64,000 nt of DNA from Octopus sinensis (taxonomy: Eukaryota): contig NC_043002.1 in NCBI RefSeq assembly GCF_006345805.1, positions 15,252,001 through 15,316,000 of the forward strand, in the 5' to 3' direction. Below are positions 57,429 to 64,000 of the stretch, one piece after another (the first letter of the stretch is position 1; the number at the start of each line of letters is the position of its first letter). Position numbers and translations under genes: made by a program. The notes under the pieces were generated by a model. The model worked only from the letters and a program-made list of their open reading frames with translations. It did no database searches and was not told where the DNA came from.

Positions 57429-57796
57429 GTGTGTGTGTGTGTGTATGTATGTATATAACAATATAGTAGAATATGAAATAGACACTCCTTGCTACAATTA
57501 TTTGATATTTGAAAAAGCGCATGGAAATGGCTCCTCGGGTAACTTTTCCATTTCAATAATTACATGATCATAAGTTGTTGTGGATTTACGAAAGTGACTC
57601 TGGTACTGGTCTATCGCTTAAAAGCGTAGTTCAAATTATTTCAGAACTTGTTGTTCATTGTTTAAGTAGGGCGTGTTTAAATACAAATATACACTCATAC
57701 TAACACAAACACTCATACACACGTATGCCCATACATAAAATACATATATGCATATATGTGTATATCTGGGTGTATATATATATACATATACATATG

Positions 57797-57878
<82 letters not shown>

Positions 57879-58065
57879 GAAATATTAAAATTACTAAGTC
57901 TCTCTAAAGAGGATTACGGCAGCGTTACTGGATATTAATAGTTATCGGCATAATAATATGGCAGTCTATAAATATAAGACAGCTTTAGTCTTATATTTAT
58001 AGACTGCCATATTAGTATGGCGATAACTATGAATATATACATATATATATATATATATATAATAT

Positions 58066-58110
<45 letters not shown>

Positions 58111-58489
58111 ATACATACATACATAAATATACACACACATACACACACACATATATACGCTTCTCAGTTAATTTTGCAAGATTCGTGATATGAAATCGTG
58201 TGTTGAAACAGATATTGATGCGTTCGTGATGGCTATCGTGGTAGTTGTTGTCGTTTTCGTTGTTGCTATTGCCCTCTTCGGCACGGTCTTTGTAGCTGAC
58301 CGTGCTAGTTGTATTGTTGATATCATATGGCCGGCCCTGAGGTTTCATGTGTGTTTGTGTATGGTTTGCTTCGTATGTATCCATGCCCTTATATAATTAT
58401 ATTTATTTATTTTATCTATCTCTCTCTCTTACATTTATCACAAATATGTGGCAGTTACATTCATATATCCGTTTATTTATCTACGTATA

Positions 58490-58677
58490 CTCTTTTAGTA
58501 TTTTACTCTTTTATTTGTTCCAGGCATATATACGATGGGCTTCTTGCCAGTTTCACTCTACCAAATGCACTCACAAGGCTTTGGTCGGCTCGGGCCCAAA
58601 TTACCACGCAGTCGGACTGATCCTGGTACTATGCGGTTGGTAAGCAAGCTACTAACAACACAGCCACTCCTGCGCCT
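58490..58677 (-). mobile_element. SINE family A with an internal deletion
   Basis: Head and first half present; tail remnant ACTCTTTT lies directly adjacent. Confidence 0.75.
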
Positions 58678-58872
58678 ATATATTTATTTATTTACTTATT
58701 CTTTATTTAATTTTTTCTACATTTATCTCTAATTCTCAAAAGTATCACAAGTAAGTGCGTATATGCCTATTGTGTGGCTATTCCTCTTATGTATCTGTGT
58801 ATCATTTACATTGTTTTTATTTCCTTCTTCATCTCCTTTCCCGTCCCTTTTCTTTTCACATCCCTACTGTCT

Positions 58873-59230
58873 TTAGTCATCTGGTGCGGGCTGGTGGTAG
58901 GTGTTACTGTTCCATTCATGTTTTCTATTGAGGATCGGTCTATCTACTGTTATGAGTGTAACTTCTGTAATCTGTCTAAGTGTCATGTCAGTTCTATTCG
59001 TCGGTAGTACTTTGAGATCTATGCTATTAATCGAGCCTCCTTGTTCTGCCTCAGCATTTTGGTAGACCACTCAGGGGATTTTTCCCTTCTTTGAGCTCTC
59101 ACCAATGATCACCTGTACACTCTCCTATGCTGCGTGCAGTCTCTATTATGTAGGTAGTTGTCATGTTACTGCACTGTCCCTCAGTACATCGTAAGTTAAA
59201 CACTACAACCCTAACGTCTTAGTCAACCTA
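58873..59230 (-). mobile_element. Penelope-like GIY-YIG endonuclease fragment
   Basis: VVVFNLRCTEGQC....TYIIETARSIGECTGDHW (VY.I.C..C...YIGET.R...R..EH pattern), then LRQITEVTLITVDRPILNRKHEW. Confidence 0.72.
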
Positions 59231-59249
59231 TGTATGTATGTATATATAG

Positions 59250-59302
<53 letters not shown>

Positions 59303-59305
<3 letters not shown>

Positions 59306-59480
59306 AGAGTTTACGAAAAAAACAAAAGACGAAGATAGGTGGTGTACAAAACAAACAGATGTATTAGTATAACGCCCGGGAATTGAAAAAGACTTTTACA
59401 TTTTGAGCGTACGCTCTTCTACAGAAAGGGACAAAGGAAAAACAAGGAGAGGAACAAGGAGAGAAAAAAGAGAGAAATAT
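59303..59480 (-). mobile_element. Short repeat family H, copy 3
   Basis: Reverse complement of 57170-57323, with (TA)n on both sides. Confidence 0.82.
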
Positions 59481-59497
59481 ATATATACATATATATA

Positions 59498-59578
<81 letters not shown>

Positions 59579-60534
59579 GTCGGGATGCCTGGAGTTTAGT
59601 TACTAAATAAAAAATTTCTTAAATAGTACAAAACGACAAAACGTGCACGTAAGACAGATACAGAAGGACACTTGTTCTTCATCAGTTATCCACCATAATG
59701 CTACTACCCAGTTTCATGCCCGTAACGATAGGGCTTAAATACTTCAACACCGCGTCACTTCACGATTTAATGCCAGGTGGCTCATAGCCCGTCATCAAAG
59801 TGGAAGAGGAAAAGATCTCGCGAATGGTTCTTGAGCACATGGACAAAAGAGAAGCCAAAAGCGTAAGTTATTGTCTCTCTTAAACCGCTATCGGCATTCC
59901 AGTTTGGATCCCAGGACAGCAATATGAATCTCCTGAATTGTAAGCAGGGTCTGGAATTGAAGATGTTCCCCGAATCATGAGATTATTTAATATTCTCGCC
60001 CGTTCTTCTATGTACAGTTTGCAACGCTTGACGATATAATATATATATATATATATATATATACTTACAAACACACACACATGCGCGCATACACACACAT
60101 ACAAACACAGGTACACACACCTATTCCTTTATTCCTCTATTCGTTTCAGCCCTTAGGCTGTGGCCACATACCGTCTATTCTTCTCGATGATCCTCATCTT
60201 CAAACGCTTATGCACCTTTGTGAAACATATTTACCTTTCCAGAATATGGACACGAAAAGGAAATCTTTATATATATATATTAATACATCATACAAATCCA
60301 GAGACCTAACCTAACCAATCGACGTTTTACACGTATCGATTCGGGAACTTATTTACGCATCCAAAAGTGAATTCTAAAGCGCCCTCCATACATACGAGAT
60401 ATATTTGTTAACTCATTTGATACTATCCTGCTTTATTAAATAGAGCGTGACATATTCAGCAGCGATGCACGTAGTATATGAAATATCATCGATTGATCAC
60501 TCAGATACAGAATTAAATTTCTAATACCTTTTAA

Positions 60535-60905
60535 CCTTTTCGCTTGTTTCAAACGTTTGACTGTGGCCATGCTGGGGCGCCGCCTTGAAGGGTTTTAGTC
60601 AAACACATCGACCTAGTATTTGAAGTCTAGTGCTTATTCTACCGGTCTACACACACCAAAATCGGTTGTCAACTGGTGGTGGTGGACACAGACACAAAGG
60701 CACACACACAAATACTGATATACACACAAGCACAAAAACATTCACATATGATGGGCTTCTTTCAGTTTTCGCCTACCAAATCCACTCACAAGGCTTTGGT
60801 CGGCTTGAGGCTGTAGAAGAAAACACTTGCCCAAAGCGCCACGCCGTAGGGCTAAACCCGGAACCATGTGGTTGGAAAGAAGACCTCTTACCACACAACT
60901 ACGCC
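60535..60905 (-). mobile_element. SINE family A, diverged
   Basis: TTTGACTGTGGCCATGCTGGGGCGCCGCC..CAAATCCACTCACAAGGCTTTGGTCGG..CCCGGAACCATGTGG. Confidence 0.8.
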
Positions 60906-62479
60906 CATGTCAAATTTACTCTGCAATGTTATCTCATAAATTAAGCCACATCTAATATTTCTAATCAATACATAACTTTTTTTGGACCTTGTGTTTAAGA
61001 GCAACCGCTTAGTCCCTGCAGATTCGCTAATGTACAAAAATAAGCAGCCAGATCTCACTCAAATTAAACTCGAAATCAGAAGACATATTTTCGAATACGT
61101 AGTTTGAAAAAAAAATGGACGACCTGTATTGCTAATGAAGTAACTAAAAAAGTTGATGTATAGATAAAAAGATGTTCAAAGTAATTTTCCCGTCGTGTAT
61201 AATTCGTAAAGTATGCCATCATGAAATATCTGAAACAATACTTGTAGCAAAATTTCATTCTGAGACTCGTGTACATACATAATGTACACACGCATACACC
61301 CATCTATACATGTATTCATGGAAGCTAACATACATGCAGACACGACGCGCACACACAAGCAAACATTTGAGATCCTGTCTTGTCATCTAAGAAATCTAGC
61401 GTATCAGATAAAATAAAGAAAGGTTTGGTCGTGACTACCGAAACTTTTAACATTTTTTAACCTGCTTTTCAGTAACCGATTACGAAATGAACAGAACGTG
61501 ACAATGAAATATCAGAGTCTATGGAACTGAAGAAGCATCTATATAAGCAGTAATTCATGTAGCGAACGGTGGTTTCTAATTATAGCCTACCATTCTAAAA
61601 TCGGAAGATGAAGTAACATTAACAAACACTGCAAAAATGTGAGTAATCAAACTTGCAGTTTGCTCTGGATATTCCGAAAGGCAATATGTGACAGGTAAAT
61701 GTACACCAATAGATTAACCCAAAGTAATGTTCAGAGAAAGGAACACATATGGAAGGTATAGAACCTATATGAGTGATTAGGATGAACATCGTATTAGCTT
61801 AGGTGCTAATTTCATGATTAAACAATGCAAGAATGGAAATCAAATCGCTCTTCCTGGAATTGCTTTCTTTATTTGATTCAGGACTAAACAATATTTTCAT
61901 GACACCCATATTGAGTTTTTCGTTGTATTACCTTACATTTTTGTACATTCAATAAAATGAAGGATTATTACTCAATTTACTTAGCGCAGAACGGAAATAA
62001 ATTGTAGAAATAAATTTTGATGTTTACTCTGGATATTTTGAAAGGCAGTCCATAACAGGAAAATGTATACGAATAGATCACGCCGGAGTAATTTTCAGAG
62101 AATGGAAGTACTGTGAGATGTATAAAGCGTATATGAGGGATAAGGATGAGGTTCGTATTATCTTAGTTTCTGAGGAATTTTTGAAGCACAGAATATTGTA
62201 ACCGATATATTATGATGAACATCTCCCTGTTCTTGTTTTGCTGCTTGTAACTAAATGATACCATCAAACAATAATTATTCATGTTACTTGTTGATAGCAT
62301 GAGATATATTTTGCTACTGTTTGCAGAATGGGTTATTATGTGTGTTACGAGATCTCATATGCTCAGCACGGCGAGCTTCTGACTGGTTTTTCAGCGGCAC
62401 TATCATATTGTCTTATAATACTGACATCATTTTGATTATAAAGAATAATCGGTTTCATGATTGTTATAAGCTACATGAT

Positions 62480-62620
62480 ATATGCGTGTGTGTGTGTGTA
62501 CATGTAAGTATAATAATTCCTACAGAAATACAGAGACCTATGTACGTATGTATGTATGTATGACTGTATGTATGTATTTATGTGTATGTATGTGTGTACG
62601 TACGTTCGAATTAATCTATC

Positions 62621-62652
<32 letters not shown>

Positions 62653-62705
62653 TGTATGTATGTATGTATGTTTGAGTGTGAGTGAGTGTGAGTATGTGTA
62701 TACAT
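62480..62705. repeat. (GTAT)n/(GT)n microsatellite
   Basis: Direct reading. Confidence 0.93.
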
Positions 62706-63821
62706 ACACTGGCACTTAAGCACGCACAATTACATATGTATCTACATGTGTTGTGCGCCCAGGTAGATTTTGAAATAGATATGATTATATACTCATATAT
62801 ACACACACAAAAGAACAAAGAGCACATGGTTGGAAAACGTATAATAATTTAACTTGAAACCTAAACGAGAATATAAATAGGGAGAATGTGTTTGTTTTAT
62901 TTCAGATTATACGATATCGATCAACGTTATTCATTGCAATAATTCTAGATAGTATATACGATATGTAGTGAGAATTTCAAACGAAAATATTTATTGAAAT
63001 AGGTAAAACATATTGTAATTTTATTCATGGTGTATAATAAATATTCGTTATTTTATTTTCAGTGTTTGTTTGCTTTTTGGCTCAGCATTCAAAAGAGCTA
63101 AAATTTAATTAAAATAAAATGGCCTGTTAAACACGCAAATTTCGAACAAAGACTGGAGAATAAATAATAACTGCACCCTCAAATCATTTAATAAAATCTA
63201 AATTGGATGGGAATAAACTTATATTGTTTATGTTTACTTCTTGAACATTTGCAATGCATTGAATACAACTGTCTGAGTTTATTATTGAGAAGAGAATGTG
63301 CAGCAGTCTGAAATAGAATTATAGTGTGTAAGAATGTCACTACAAAACATGTATAGTAGTAACTCAATGTAAAGTGAGGCAAAACTAAAGCAAAAAATGA
63401 ACAATGGATTTCATTTTAAATTCGTATTTCAATATTTCTGATTTACAAAAGATTTGTCAATAAATTGGTGGTCGAGTTAGCTGCGTGTAAGCAGATATAA
63501 ATAGAGTTATTTTTCGAAGTCTCATATTGTTGAGGACTGCTAAAGAAGGCACTGACAGGTAGTGTTAAACCAAACATTCAGCGTTGCTGAGTTTGTATTT
63601 AATACTAATAAACGTTTTACTTTATTGAGAAGATACTATCTTTATAGTTAAATGTGTTTTGTCATTTTGTCTGATGCTAGTGATAGGATTATCTCTCTTG
63701 AACTTGCCACTCTCCTTTTTCTATTTTAACTGTGGCAACATTTGTATATACTTCTCTAAAGATAGTAAAGATAGTAAAGAAATAAGGAACAATAACGCAC
63801 TGAGAAGTGCGTTATTGTTCC

Positions 63822-64000
63822 TTATTTCTTTACTATCCACAAGAGGCTAAAAACAGAGGGGACAAACAAGGACAGACAAAGAGATTAAGTCGATTAATTC
63901 AACCCCGGTGCGTAAGTGGTACTTATTTAATCGACCCCGAAAGGATGAAAGGCAAAGTCGACCTCGGCGGAATTTGAACTCAGAACGTAGCGGCAGACGA
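63822..64000 (-). mobile_element. SINE family B (head lies beyond the window edge)
   Basis: Close match to 15310-15485. Confidence 0.9.

Noticed and set aside
63530-63580. CTAAAGA..GGCACT/AGTGTT..TAAACC hammerhead-like skeleton
   Set aside because: Both conserved core segments are mutated; too degenerate to call.

Overview
AT-rich eukaryotic non-coding DNA, dense in microsatellites and decayed transposons. The SINE and repeat families look like those of an octopus or related coleoid cephalopod; this is recognition from memory, not a database search. I found no supportable host protein-coding gene, and most ORFs in the track are microsatellite artefacts. The window holds a near-full-length dead RTE-clade LINE (~0.9-4.7 kb) and other RTE fragments, several R4/Dong-clade fragments (RT and RLE domains), Penelope-like GIY-YIG and pLTR remnants, one Tc1/mariner fragment, one non-autonomous Helitron, and many copies of at least five tRNA-derived SINE families. 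Main observations: (1) a complete type I hammerhead-ribozyme fold inside a ~107-bp fold-back palindrome at 43.3-43.4 kb, plus further minimal hammerhead-like motifs in other Penelope-type short repeats; (2) an RTE lineage whose ORF ends in three tandem C2H2 fingers and whose copies sit in (TA)n; (3) a clear 5'-inversion (twin-priming-like) copy of that lineage at 16.4-17.0 kb; (4) a head-to-head tRNA-only SINE palindrome, a SINE dimer under one TSD, and a locally templated duplication. All coordinates were counted by hand and boundaries may be off by a few to tens of bases.
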